In this document: positions 9,030 to 18,809 of the stretch, piece after piece
Numbering within the stretch: the first letter of the stretch is position 1
Layout: each line of letters starts with the position of its first letter
From: an uncultured Candidatus Sumerlaeota bacterium
Lineage (GTDB): Bacteria > Sumerlaeota > Sumerlaeia > SLMS01 > JAHLLQ01
Direction: 5' to 3'
NCBI GenBank assembly: GCA_964625145.1
Contig: CAZVAQ010000001.1
Coordinates: 1-42,655, forward strand
DNA: 42,655 nucleotides
Translations under genes and position numbers: made by a program
The notes under the pieces: generated by a model
What the model saw: only the letters and a program-made list of their open reading frames with translations
The model's database searches: none
Told to the model about the DNA's origin: nothing

Positions 9030-9060
9030 TGGCTTTATCATCGATGCAGAGAGTACATCC

Positions 9061-10113
9061 TCAGCGGCGGTTCTTCTTCTCCAGCTCCTGGCGCAGGGGG
9101 AGGCAGAGGATGGCGAAGGGCTTTGCGCGGAGGCGGCCGATGGGGATGAAGGGGCACATCTCGCAGCGCTTCTGCGGTTCCTCCGCGCACATCTCGCACA
9201 GGCCATACGTGCCGGCCTCGAGGCGCTCCAGGGCGCGGGTCACTTGCGACAGCCGTTCCTCCTCATAGCGCCTCGTGACGAAGGTCGTCTCCAACGCGGA
9301 GCTATCGGTCGCAGCATCAGCTTGATGGTTGGAGAAGCTGCGGCTCATGTTCTCTTCGCTGGAGGTCGCAATTTCGTTCATGACCGCCAGGTCGCGCAAC
9401 AGGCGCGAGCGCTCGCTCTCCAGAATGTCCTTGAGCTCGCGCAACTCCGCCTTGGAGTAGGGCGCCTTGCGCTTCTTGACTCTCCGGGGAGCTGACGCAG
9501 GGGCTGTCTCCTTGGCGGAGCGCTTGCCACTCTTGACGATGCTGCTGATCTTGCGGGTCTCGGCGAATTCGGCGGCCTTGTGAACGGAGGAAGGGACGGC
9601 CGAACCAGTGCCCTTGCGCAGTTCCTCGGCGGCCTCGCGGGACTTGGCCTTGGTGTCCGCTGCGCGCATGGCAAGCAGCTTGGCCAGCTTCTCCTTGTTG
9701 GAGAGCGGCTTGGCGGGGGCCTCCGGTGCGGGGGCTGCCTTGACCGGCTTGATGGGCTTCTTGCCGAGCAGTTTCTTCAGGGTGGCGGACTTCCCCTTGG
9801 CGGCAGGAGTCTCCGCGGCCTTGGGAGCCGGAGAAGCCTTTGATGCGGCCTTCTTGGAGCCCTTGGTCGCCTCGGCCTTCGACTTGGTGGCCTTGGGTGC
9901 AGGGGTGCTTTGCTCCGCCTTCTTGGCGGGGGCTTCCTTCGGGGCGGTCGCCTTGGCCGGAGCGGCCTTCGGGGCTTTGGCCTTCGCCGGTGGAGTTGGG
10001 GCCGGCTTGGCTGCCGGTCTGGCCGTCTTCTTGGCGGGGGCCTTTGGCTTGGCGGGTGTCGCGCTCTTCTTCGCGGCGGGCTTGGGGGTGGCGGCGGCTT
10101 TCTTGGGGGTCAC
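9061..10113 (-). CDS. DksA/TraR-type zinc-finger protein with long histone-H1-like Lys/Ala/Pro-rich N-terminal region
   Basis: 350 aa with a GTG start at 10113 and AAGGAG 11 nt upstream. The first ~150 aa are (A/P/K)-rich repeats (PKKAAATPKPAAKKSATPAKPKAPAKK...). The C-terminus has a DksA-like coiled-coil plus finger: LERLEAGTYGLCEMCAEEPQKRCEMCPFIPIGRLRAKPFAILCLPL. Confidence 0.75.
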   Translation of the reverse strand: MTPKKAAATPKPAAKKSATPAKPKAPAKKTARPAAKPAPTPPAKAKAPKAAPAKATAPKEAPAKKAEQSTPAPKATKSKAEATKGSKKAASKASPAPKAAETPAAKGKSATLKKLLGKKPIKPVKAAPAPEAPAKPLSNKEKLAKLLAMRAADTKAKSREAAEELRKGTGSAVPSSVHKAAEFAETRKISSIVKSGKRSAKETAPASAPRRVKKRKAPYSKAELRELKDILESERSRLLRDLAVMNEIATSSEENMSRSFSNHQADAATDSSALETTFVTRRYEEERLSQVTRALERLEAGTYGLCEMCAEEPQKRCEMCPFIPIGRLRAKPFAILCLPLRQELEKKNRR

Positions 10114-10164
10114 TGGGGGGGCGCTCCTTGGCTCGGGGCGTGGGGGATGGGGCAGAAGAGGAAC

Positions 10165-10983
10165 TCAGAGGCGCTCGATGACGCCCAGGACGATGGCCTG
10201 GCGGTCGGCTTCGCGGCTGTTGGCCACTTCGATGATTTCGGCCACGGACACCGGGACCAGCGATTCGGGGTAGCATTCGTCCGTCACGGTCGACAGGCCC
10301 ATGACCTTCATTCCAGAATGGACGGCGACGATGTTTTCAGGGACCGTGGACATGGAGATCATGTCGGCGCCGATGCGCTGCAGAGCGCGGTATTCCGCGC
10401 GCGTCTCCAGATTGGGGCCGGTGACGGCACAGACGACGCCGCGCTGCAGGCGGATGCGCTTGTCGAGGGCCACTTCCTCGGCGATGTTCATCAGGTCCTT
10501 GGAGTAGGGCTCGCTCATGTCCGGGAACCGCGGCCCGAGGCGATCGTCATTTGGCCCGATGAGCGGGTTGTCGCCCATCAGGTTGATGTGGTCGCTGATC
10601 AGGACCAGCGCGCCTTTCCGGATCAGCGGGTTCACGCTGCCGACGGCGTTCATGATGATGACGGTGTCCACGCCGAGGGCCTTCATGACGCGCACGGGGA
10701 AGGTCACCTGCTCCAGCGTGTAGCCCTCGTAGCGGTGGAAGCGGCCCTGCATGACCAGGGCGTCCTTGCCGCCGAGCTTGCCGCAGCACAGGTAGCCCTT
10801 GTGGCTCTCCACCGTGGAGACGGGGAAGTGCGGGATCTCACCGTAGGGGATCTTGACGAGGCCCTCGGGCTTGTCGCCGAGCTCGCCCATGCCCGTGCCA
10901 CAGATGACACCGACGCGGGGCTGGATCTTGATGCGGCCCTTCAGATACTGGGCGGCTTCCTGGATTTTGTCATAGAGGTTCAT
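10165..10983 (-). CDS. Purine nucleoside phosphorylase (PNP family I / PunA-type)
   Basis: The sequence MNLYDKIQEAAQYLKGRI..GVICGTGMGELGD..IPHFPVSTVESHKGYLCCGKLGGKDALVMQGRFHRYEGY..VIIMNAVGSVN is typical of trimeric PNPs. The ATG at 10983 forms an ATGA overlap with the upstream DUF167 stop. Confidence 0.85.
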   Translation of the reverse strand: MNLYDKIQEAAQYLKGRIKIQPRVGVICGTGMGELGDKPEGLVKIPYGEIPHFPVSTVESHKGYLCCGKLGGKDALVMQGRFHRYEGYTLEQVTFPVRVMKALGVDTVIIMNAVGSVNPLIRKGALVLISDHINLMGDNPLIGPNDDRLGPRFPDMSEPYSKDLMNIAEEVALDKRIRLQRGVVCAVTGPNLETRAEYRALQRIGADMISMSTVPENIVAVHSGMKVMGLSTVTDECYPESLVPVSVAEIIEVANSREADRQAIVLGVIERL

Positions 10984-11312
10984 GATTGGCAAACGACCTT
11001 GGCCTTTTGGTTTTTGGAGTCAGGTGCGGCCTCGAGGAGTTCGGCGGCCTGCTCGGCGGTGAGACCCTCGACGGCCACGGTCTTGTCGCGGGACTTCTCG
11101 CCGCGCGTAATGGCGACGGCCGACCGGGGAACGCGTAAAATCTGGGCAAAAAAACGGATCACGGCGTCGTTGGCCTTGCCGTCGACGGGGGGTGCCTGGA
11201 TGGCGATTTTGAGGCGTTCGGCGTGGGTCCCGGCGATGGCGCTTCGGCGGGCTCCCGGCTGGACGTGAACGTCCAGTTCAATGCCCGATGAAGTATTTCG
11301 CAAACCCAACAT
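10980..11312 (-). CDS. DUF167 (YggU-family) small protein
   Basis: Only the last 110 codons of the 498-aa track ORF look real: MLGLRNTSSGIELDVHVQPGARRSAIAGTHAERLKIAIQAPPVDGKANDAVIRFFAQILRVPRSAVAITRGEKSRDK. The rest of that ORF is antisense to alaS and its leader. Confidence 0.75.
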   Translation of the reverse strand: MLGLRNTSSGIELDVHVQPGARRSAIAGTHAERLKIAIQAPPVDGKANDAVIRFFAQILRVPRSAVAITRGEKSRDKTVAVEGLTAEQAAELLEAAPDSKNQKAKVVCQS

Positions 11313-11648
11313 TTTCAATTGATTATACGCTTGATACGGAATGGCCTTACGCGGCGGAGGCAGGAGGGTAGGTTGGCGCCCAACCGTGTCAAGTGCAAAC
11401 GGGGGCGAGGAGCTGGGCATCTCTTGCCGCCAGTTCAGAGTGCAATTGACGCGACTCATTGACTTGCCGGGCCGGCGCCAAGCACTCTCAGGGCGTGCGC
11501 TTGGCTTAAGGCGCGGCGGGCGGGACTTGGCAGGCACGGAAGCCTGCCCTACGTTGGCCCTTTGCGCTTGCTCGCGGGCATGGCGTGGCGCGAGAACCCC
11601 GCTCCCGTCTGATGGCGGCGGGGTATTCATGGTGCGATCGGTGACCCT

Positions 11649-14438
11649 ATGTCCTTGTCCGGCAATGAACTGAGACGCGAATTCTTGCGGTTTTTCGAGT
11701 CCCTCCCGGGGGCGGGGCACAAGGTGGTGGCCCCGGCGCCACTGATCCCGCCGGACGACCCGACGCTGCTGTTCACGAGCGCGGGGATGGTGCAGTTCAA
11801 GAGCCTGTACAGCGGCGAGGTGGACCCGCTCCCCTACCGGAGGGCGGCGTCGTGCCAGCCGTGCCTGCGCGCAGGGGGGAAGGGGAGCGACCTGGAAAAC
11901 GTCGGCAAGACGCTGCGGCATCACACACTGTTCGAGATGCTGGGGAACTTCAGCTTCGGGGATTACTTCAAGCGCGAGGCGATCCGCTGGGCTTGGAAGT
12001 TTGTGACCGAGACGATGGGGCTGCCCAAGGAGCGCCTGTTCCCGACGATATTCGAGGAGGACGACGAGGCGGAGCAGCTGTGGCGCGACGAGACGGATTG
12101 TCACTACACGCCGGTGCGATTGGACGCGAAGCAGAACTTCTGGGGGCCGGCGGGTGACACGGGCGCGTGTGGGCCGTGCAGCGAGTTGTGCTTCTTCATG
12201 GGAAGCGATGAGGAGTTGGCCGCCATCAAGGCGGAGCTGGCCAAGAGCGAATCGCATTACATGCCGATCCTGGCGAAGCGGATCGACGAGGAAGGGGACT
12301 TGTTCCTGGAGATCTGGAACATGGTATTCCCGCAGTTCGACCAGCAGCGCGATGGCTCGCGGTTGCCGTTGAAGAATCGCGGCATCGATACGGGCGCGGG
12401 GCTGGAGCGCATGACGACGGTGATGATGTGGATGCAGGGGCAGGCCTCCACGCCGTACGAGACGGACCTGCTGCAACCGGTCGTGCAGGCGGCCGCGTCG
12501 ATCTTGGGTGTGAAGTATCTAAAGATTCGTGATGAGAACGGGCAGACGGACGAGGCCACGCGCGTGCGCCTCGGCATCAACGCGATCGCGGATCATGCGC
12601 GGGCGTTGAGTTTCTGCCTCGCGGAGGGAATCACTCCGGGTAACATCGGGCGCGGTTATGTCATTCGCCGTATTCAGCGGCGCGCGCTGCGGTTCTCGTC
12701 GCTGTTGGGCAAGGACGACGCGTTCATGGCGGAGCTGGTGGATCCGGTGATCGAGGCCATGGGCGGCGCGTATCCGCACCTGAAGTCCAAGGCGGATTTC
12801 ATCCGCAAGGCGATCCGAATCGAGGAAGAATCCTTCCTGCGCACGCGCAATCGCGGCACGCGGCTGCTGGACGAATTGATCGAGCAGGCACAAGATCGCG
12901 GCGACAAGGCTATCCCCGGCGCGGAGGCGTTCAAGTTGTGGGACACGTATGGTTTCCCGCTGGATTTGACGCGCGAGATCGCGGGCGATGCGGGTGTGAC
13001 CATCGACCAGTCGGGCTATGATGCGGCATTGAAGGAACAACGCGAGCGCGGCGTGGCGAGTTGGCGCGGGGAAGCGCTGGCCAAGGAAGCGCAACTCCTG
13101 GAGCCCATCGCCGACAAGCACGGCGCGACGCCGTTTGTGGGCTACGATCCGGCTGTGCCTCCGGTGGAGGCAAAGGTGTTGGCTCTGATTGTTGATGGCG
13201 CCTTGGCGGATAGCATGGGTGAGGGAACGAGCGCGGTTGTGGTGTTGGACAAGACGCCCTTCTACGCGGAAGCGGGCGGTCAGATCGGCGACACTGGTGT
13301 GATCTCGACGGCGGACGGCGCGTTGTTTGAAGTGCACGACACGCAGAAGACGGCTGATGGGATCATCATGCACCGCGGTCATGTGCAGGCAGGTTCGCTG
13401 AAGGTCGGCGCGGTGGTGACGGCGCAGGTGGACGGCGCGCGGCGCATGGCGATTCGGCGCAATCACAGCTCGGTGCATTTGCTGCAGGCGGCACTGAAGC
13501 GTCATGTCGGCGATCATGTGGCGCAGGCCGGTTCGTTCGTCGGGCCCGACTATGCGCGGTTTGACTTTTCACATCCGGAGCAGATTCCGGCGGAGATATT
13601 GCGCAAGGTGCAGGAAGACGTGAACCGGATGATCCTGGCGGATTATGCGGTGACGACCGAGGTGTTGCCGCTGGAGGAAGCGCGGGCGAAGGGCGCGATT
13701 GCGCCTTTCGGCGAGAAGTACGGCCCGACGGTGCGCGTGGTGAGCATGGGGAACGCGGTGGAGGTGCCCTCCATCGAGTTCTGCGGCGGAACGCATCTGG
13801 AGCGCACGGGCCAGGCTGCCCGATTCCGCATCATCAGCGAAGGGAGCATCGCCAGTGGCGTGCGGCGCATCGAGTTCACGGCAGGCGAGCCGGCAATGGT
13901 GGCGGATCTGGAGGATCAGTGGGGCGTGCTGAAGCCGTTGGAGGCGACGCTGGCTTCGCGTGGGCATGCACTCGTGGATCGCGTGGCGCAGTTGTCCGCA
14001 CGCGTGAAGCAACTGGAGAAGGAACTGGCGCGCGAGCGGAGCAAGGCTCTGCTGTCAAACGTGGCGGCGTTTGCGTCGCAGGCAGTGGACCTTGGCGATG
14101 GCGCCAAGCTCGCCACGGCGTTGGTAGAGGATGTCGCCGCGAATGACTTGCGGGCGTTTGCGGTCGCGATTCAGGAGACGCTCGGCGCGAAGGGCATTGC
14201 GGTGGCGGTTTCGAAGAACGAGGACGACAAGGTAGCCATCGTTGCGGCGACCGGTGCGGAAGCGCGCGGTGCGTTTCCGGCGGGCAAGGTCGTGAATGCG
14301 ATTGCCGCGCCGCTGGGCGGCAAGGGTGGCGGCAAGCCGGACGTCGCGCAGGCGGGTGCCAAGGGAGCATCCAACCTGGAGGACGTGCTGGCGGGTGCGA
14401 AGGACCTGATCGAGCAAATCAACGCGGCGGCGGGGTGA
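11649..14438 (+). CDS. alaS: Alanine--tRNA ligase
   Basis: 929 aa with class II AlaRS motifs (FTSAGMVQFK, HHTLFEMLGNFSFGDYFK), editing-domain motifs HSSVHLLQAAL and FCGGTHLERTG, and a C-terminal DHHA1-like GGKGGGKPDVAQAG. Confidence 0.95.
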   Translation: MSLSGNELRREFLRFFESLPGAGHKVVAPAPLIPPDDPTLLFTSAGMVQFKSLYSGEVDPLPYRRAASCQPCLRAGGKGSDLENVGKTLRHHTLFEMLGNFSFGDYFKREAIRWAWKFVTETMGLPKERLFPTIFEEDDEAEQLWRDETDCHYTPVRLDAKQNFWGPAGDTGACGPCSELCFFMGSDEELAAIKAELAKSESHYMPILAKRIDEEGDLFLEIWNMVFPQFDQQRDGSRLPLKNRGIDTGAGLERMTTVMMWMQGQASTPYETDLLQPVVQAAASILGVKYLKIRDENGQTDEATRVRLGINAIADHARALSFCLAEGITPGNIGRGYVIRRIQRRALRFSSLLGKDDAFMAELVDPVIEAMGGAYPHLKSKADFIRKAIRIEEESFLRTRNRGTRLLDELIEQAQDRGDKAIPGAEAFKLWDTYGFPLDLTREIAGDAGVTIDQSGYDAALKEQRERGVASWRGEALAKEAQLLEPIADKHGATPFVGYDPAVPPVEAKVLALIVDGALADSMGEGTSAVVVLDKTPFYAEAGGQIGDTGVISTADGALFEVHDTQKTADGIIMHRGHVQAGSLKVGAVVTAQVDGARRMAIRRNHSSVHLLQAALKRHVGDHVAQAGSFVGPDYARFDFSHPEQIPAEILRKVQEDVNRMILADYAVTTEVLPLEEARAKGAIAPFGEKYGPTVRVVSMGNAVEVPSIEFCGGTHLERTGQAARFRIISEGSIASGVRRIEFTAGEPAMVADLEDQWGVLKPLEATLASRGHALVDRVAQLSARVKQLEKELARERSKALLSNVAAFASQAVDLGDGAKLATALVEDVAANDLRAFAVAIQETLGAKGIAVAVSKNEDDKVAIVAATGAEARGAFPAGKVVNAIAAPLGGKGGGKPDVAQAGAKGASNLEDVLAGAKDLIEQINAAAG

Positions 14439-14442
14439 AGGC

Positions 14443-15162
14443 GTGCACGATCCCGTGGCCGTGGAGGCTGCCAATCAATTCTGGGCCGCGTCGTTGGGGG
14501 TGGATGAGCAACGGTTGGAGGAAAGCGGGACGATTGTTGTCCCCAACCGCATGGAAACCGATTCGGCCGGTGTGATTGTCTTCCGCCGGCGTGATGCGTG
14601 CATCCTGTCTGTCATCCATCCCGATCCGGCTGTGGTGATCGACCGTGTGATGGATATCGGCCGGCGGAACACTGCGGAGGAACTGCTGCAGGCGGAGGCG
14701 TGGAAGGAGCTGGCGGAGAGGGTCAGTCCTGCCGCGACCAGCTTTGTCACTTCCCGTAATCGGGTGCCGCCCCGGCCGAGAGGAAGCATCCGTAGTCTGG
14801 ACAACACGGCAGACCTGCGGCGGCTGCGGGAAGGCGCGGACGAGGAGGAGTGGCGCCGCGGCGGTGTTGATGAGATGGGTTTGCAGTTGGTGGGCGTGTT
14901 CGATCGGGGCGAACTGGTAGCGGCGGGATCGATCGATCCGGGGAGCAACAAGCTGGGGACGCTGCGGATTTTCGTATCGCGCGAACATCGGCGGCGCGGA
15001 TTGGGTTCCATGTTGGTGGGTTATCTCGCAAACCATTCGGCCACAACGGTCGGCACGCTTCAAATGCTTCCGTTGAAGGGCGATCCGGCGGGCGAAGGTC
15101 TAGCCCTGATGTCCGGCTTCTTTCCGTTCGGGGAGACGGTGACTGTCATCCTGAAGAACTGA
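14443..15162 (+). CDS. GNAT-family N-acetyltransferase (putative)
   Basis: 239 aa with a GTG start 4 nt after the alaS stop. The C-terminal half has the acetyl-CoA-binding-type motif RIFVSREHRRRGLGSMLV. The substrate is unknown. Confidence 0.5.
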   Translation: MHDPVAVEAANQFWAASLGVDEQRLEESGTIVVPNRMETDSAGVIVFRRRDACILSVIHPDPAVVIDRVMDIGRRNTAEELLQAEAWKELAERVSPAATSFVTSRNRVPPRPRGSIRSLDNTADLRRLREGADEEEWRRGGVDEMGLQLVGVFDRGELVAAGSIDPGSNKLGTLRIFVSREHRRRGLGSMLVGYLANHSATTVGTLQMLPLKGDPAGEGLALMSGFFPFGETVTVILKN

Positions 15163-15177
15163 TTCTCAAAGAGTTGA

Positions 15178-16974
<1,797 letters not shown>

Positions 16975-17000
16975 TGGTGCCGGACAAACGAGTTTGATCC

Positions 17001-17029
17001 CAATGCCCGCCGAGACCCGGCGGGCATTG
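17001..17029 (+). terminator. Hairpin downstream of pyrG
   Basis: A 12-bp perfect stem, CAATGCCCGCCG (17001-17012) with CGGCGGGCATTG (17018-17029), and a 5-nt loop. There is no clear U-tract. Confidence 0.6.
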
Positions 17030-17054
17030 CTCTGGCCCTGCGGAGGGGGCGGGG

Positions 17055-17099
17055 GTGGACGTGGTGGAGGAGGTGGACGGAGTGGACACAGTGGACGAA
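17055..17099 (+). repeat. Five tandem 9-bp units with a conserved GTGGA(C/G) core upstream of nadB
   Basis: GTGGACGTG GTGGAGGAG GTGGACGGA GTGGACACA GTGGACGAA, in exact 9-bp phase at 17055, 17064, 17073, 17082 and 17091. Confidence 0.8.
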
Positions 17100-17153
17100 C
17101 TGAGGGATGTTTTGAGGCATAATCCTGCACTTGACTGAAAGGCACATTCGCGC

Positions 17154-18716
17154 ATGCCACATCATTCCGACGTGTTGGTGATAGGCTCCGGTGTTGCCGG
17201 TTGCGCGACGGCATTGGCGGCGGCGGATGCGGGGTTGCAGGTGACGATGCTGACCAACGCGCCGGCGCCGGACAAGGGATCCAGTACCTCGTGGGCGCAG
17301 GGTGGCATCATCTACACGAGTCCGGAAGACTCGCCTGGCCTGTTGGCAAAGGACATCCAGATCGCAGGGACGGACATCTGCAGTCTCGAAGCGGTGCGGC
17401 AACTGAGTGAGCGTGGGCCGGAGTTGGTGAAGAAGGTCTTGATCGAGCGATGCGGTGTCGCCTTCGACCGAAACGCCGCGGGAAATTTGGATCTGACGGA
17501 GGAGGCCGCGCACAGCGTGCAGCGGATTCTTCACGTGGGGGACTTGACCGGCGAGGCGATAGCACGCGCCATGGGGCGCACGGTGGCGGCACATCCCAAC
17601 GTTCGGATTTTGACCAATGCCACCGGGGTGGATTTGATCCTGACGGGGAATCATACGGCCGATCCCCGGGATTACTACAAGCCTCCGCAAGTGCTTGGTG
17701 CCTACGTCTTCAACCAGGACGACGGCTCGGTCGAACCATTCGTCGCGCGGGAGACGGTGCTGGCAACGGGAGGGCTGGGGCAGGTGTTCCTGCACACGAC
17801 CAACCCAAAGCGCGCACGCGGAGACGGCCTTGCGATGGCCTATCGCGCAGGAGCATGGATCGTGAACCTGGAGTACATCCAGTTTCACCCGACGGCCCTG
17901 TATCACCGGTTTGGGACGAGCCTGCTGATTTCCGAGACGGTACGCGGCGAAGGCGGAAAGCTGATCGGCGCGGATGGCAAGGCGTTCATGCACAAATACG
18001 ACCCGCGCGAGGAACTGGCTCCGCGTGATGTGGTGGCGCGTGCGCTGCACGAGGAGATGCTGGCGACGGGCGAGCCGTGCATGTACCTGGACATTTCGTT
18101 CAAGGATCGCGATTGGATCATCCAGCGTTTTCCGTTCATCCACAAGTCGCTGATGGAGTTCAACATCGACATGACCCGCCAACCCATCCCCGTGGTGCCG
18201 GCGGCGCATTATTGCTGCGGCGGTGTGTTGGTAGACCTGGTGGGGCGGACGACCATCAAGGGATTGCGCGCCGTGGGCGAAGTGTCCTGCACGGGCCTGC
18301 ATGGCGCAAATCGCCTGGCGAGCACTTCGCTGTTGGAGGGCCTGGTGTGGGGTGTTGCCACAGGCGAGGACATCGCGCAGCACGCCAACGAGAACGGCAT
18401 GCCAACGGCGGAGAAGGTGGTGCCTTGGAAGATGGAGGATGAAGAGGTCGATCCGGCGCTCGTGGCGCAGGATTGGATGAGCATCCGCCAGACGATGTGG
18501 AACTACGTGGGGCTGGTGAGAACGACGCGACGCATGCACCGGGCGCTGCGGATCCTGCGCGACTTGCAGTTCGACGTGGAATTGTTCTATCGGCGCGCGC
18601 GGCTGAATGATGAACTGATCGGCCTGCGCAATGGCGCGCAGGCGGCATTGGCGATCGTGCACGCTGCATATCGCAATCGCAAGAGCCGGGGAGGGCATTT
18701 TAGGAAGGACGATTAA
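17154..18716 (+). CDS. nadB: L-aspartate oxidase
   Basis: 520 aa with the FAD-binding N-terminus DVLVIGSGVAGCATALAAA, plus GGIIYT, HPTAL and CTGLHGANRLASTSLLEGLVWG. Confidence 0.9.
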   Translation: MPHHSDVLVIGSGVAGCATALAAADAGLQVTMLTNAPAPDKGSSTSWAQGGIIYTSPEDSPGLLAKDIQIAGTDICSLEAVRQLSERGPELVKKVLIERCGVAFDRNAAGNLDLTEEAAHSVQRILHVGDLTGEAIARAMGRTVAAHPNVRILTNATGVDLILTGNHTADPRDYYKPPQVLGAYVFNQDDGSVEPFVARETVLATGGLGQVFLHTTNPKRARGDGLAMAYRAGAWIVNLEYIQFHPTALYHRFGTSLLISETVRGEGGKLIGADGKAFMHKYDPREELAPRDVVARALHEEMLATGEPCMYLDISFKDRDWIIQRFPFIHKSLMEFNIDMTRQPIPVVPAAHYCCGGVLVDLVGRTTIKGLRAVGEVSCTGLHGANRLASTSLLEGLVWGVATGEDIAQHANENGMPTAEKVVPWKMEDEEVDPALVAQDWMSIRQTMWNYVGLVRTTRRMHRALRILRDLQFDVELFYRRARLNDELIGLRNGAQAALAIVHAAYRNRKSRGGHFRKDD

Positions 18717-18809
18717 GTAGGGACAAGGGATGAAGAGGGGATGGAGACTGGTGGTGGTGGATATTGGGGTGGTGTGGATGCATTGATAATTTGATTGGAT
18801 GGAAGGTTG

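Noticed and set aside
9608-10273. 221-aa Ala/Gly/Leu-rich plus-strand ORF (and 9910..11268) opposite the KAP-rich gene and PNP.
   Set aside because: It is the mirror image of the Lys/Ala/Pro repeat coding sequence. The minus strand continues in frame into a DksA-like domain and has an AAGGAG Shine-Dalgarno, so the minus strand is the coding one.
11313-11648. T-box, SRP RNA, RNase P or tmRNA in the alaS upstream region.
   Set aside because: I found none of the conserved cores I know (T-box specifier/AGAGA and the T-box sequence, SRP GGAA-tetraloop domain IV with flanking symmetric loops, RNase P GAGGAAAGUCC, tmRNA 5' GGGGCUGA). Only generic hairpins are present.
11341-11673. 110-aa plus-strand ORF in the alaS leader.
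   Set aside because: It has an Arg/Gly-rich composition and no motifs, and it overlaps the alaS start out of frame. It is probably non-coding leader sequence.
10980-12476. 498-aa minus-strand ORF spanning the DUF167 gene, the intergenic region and the 5' part of alaS.
   Set aside because: Only the last 110 codons (from ATG 11312) match a known small-protein family. The upstream part is antisense to alaS and of low complexity.
17055-17099. Short tandem repeats near nadB, and the TSP3 DNA repeats (32263..32810), considered as possible CRISPR or mobile repeats.
   Set aside because: The nadB units are 9 bp with no spacers. The TSP3 repeats are in-frame coding repeats of one gene. Neither has CRISPR repeat-spacer architecture, and no cas genes are present.
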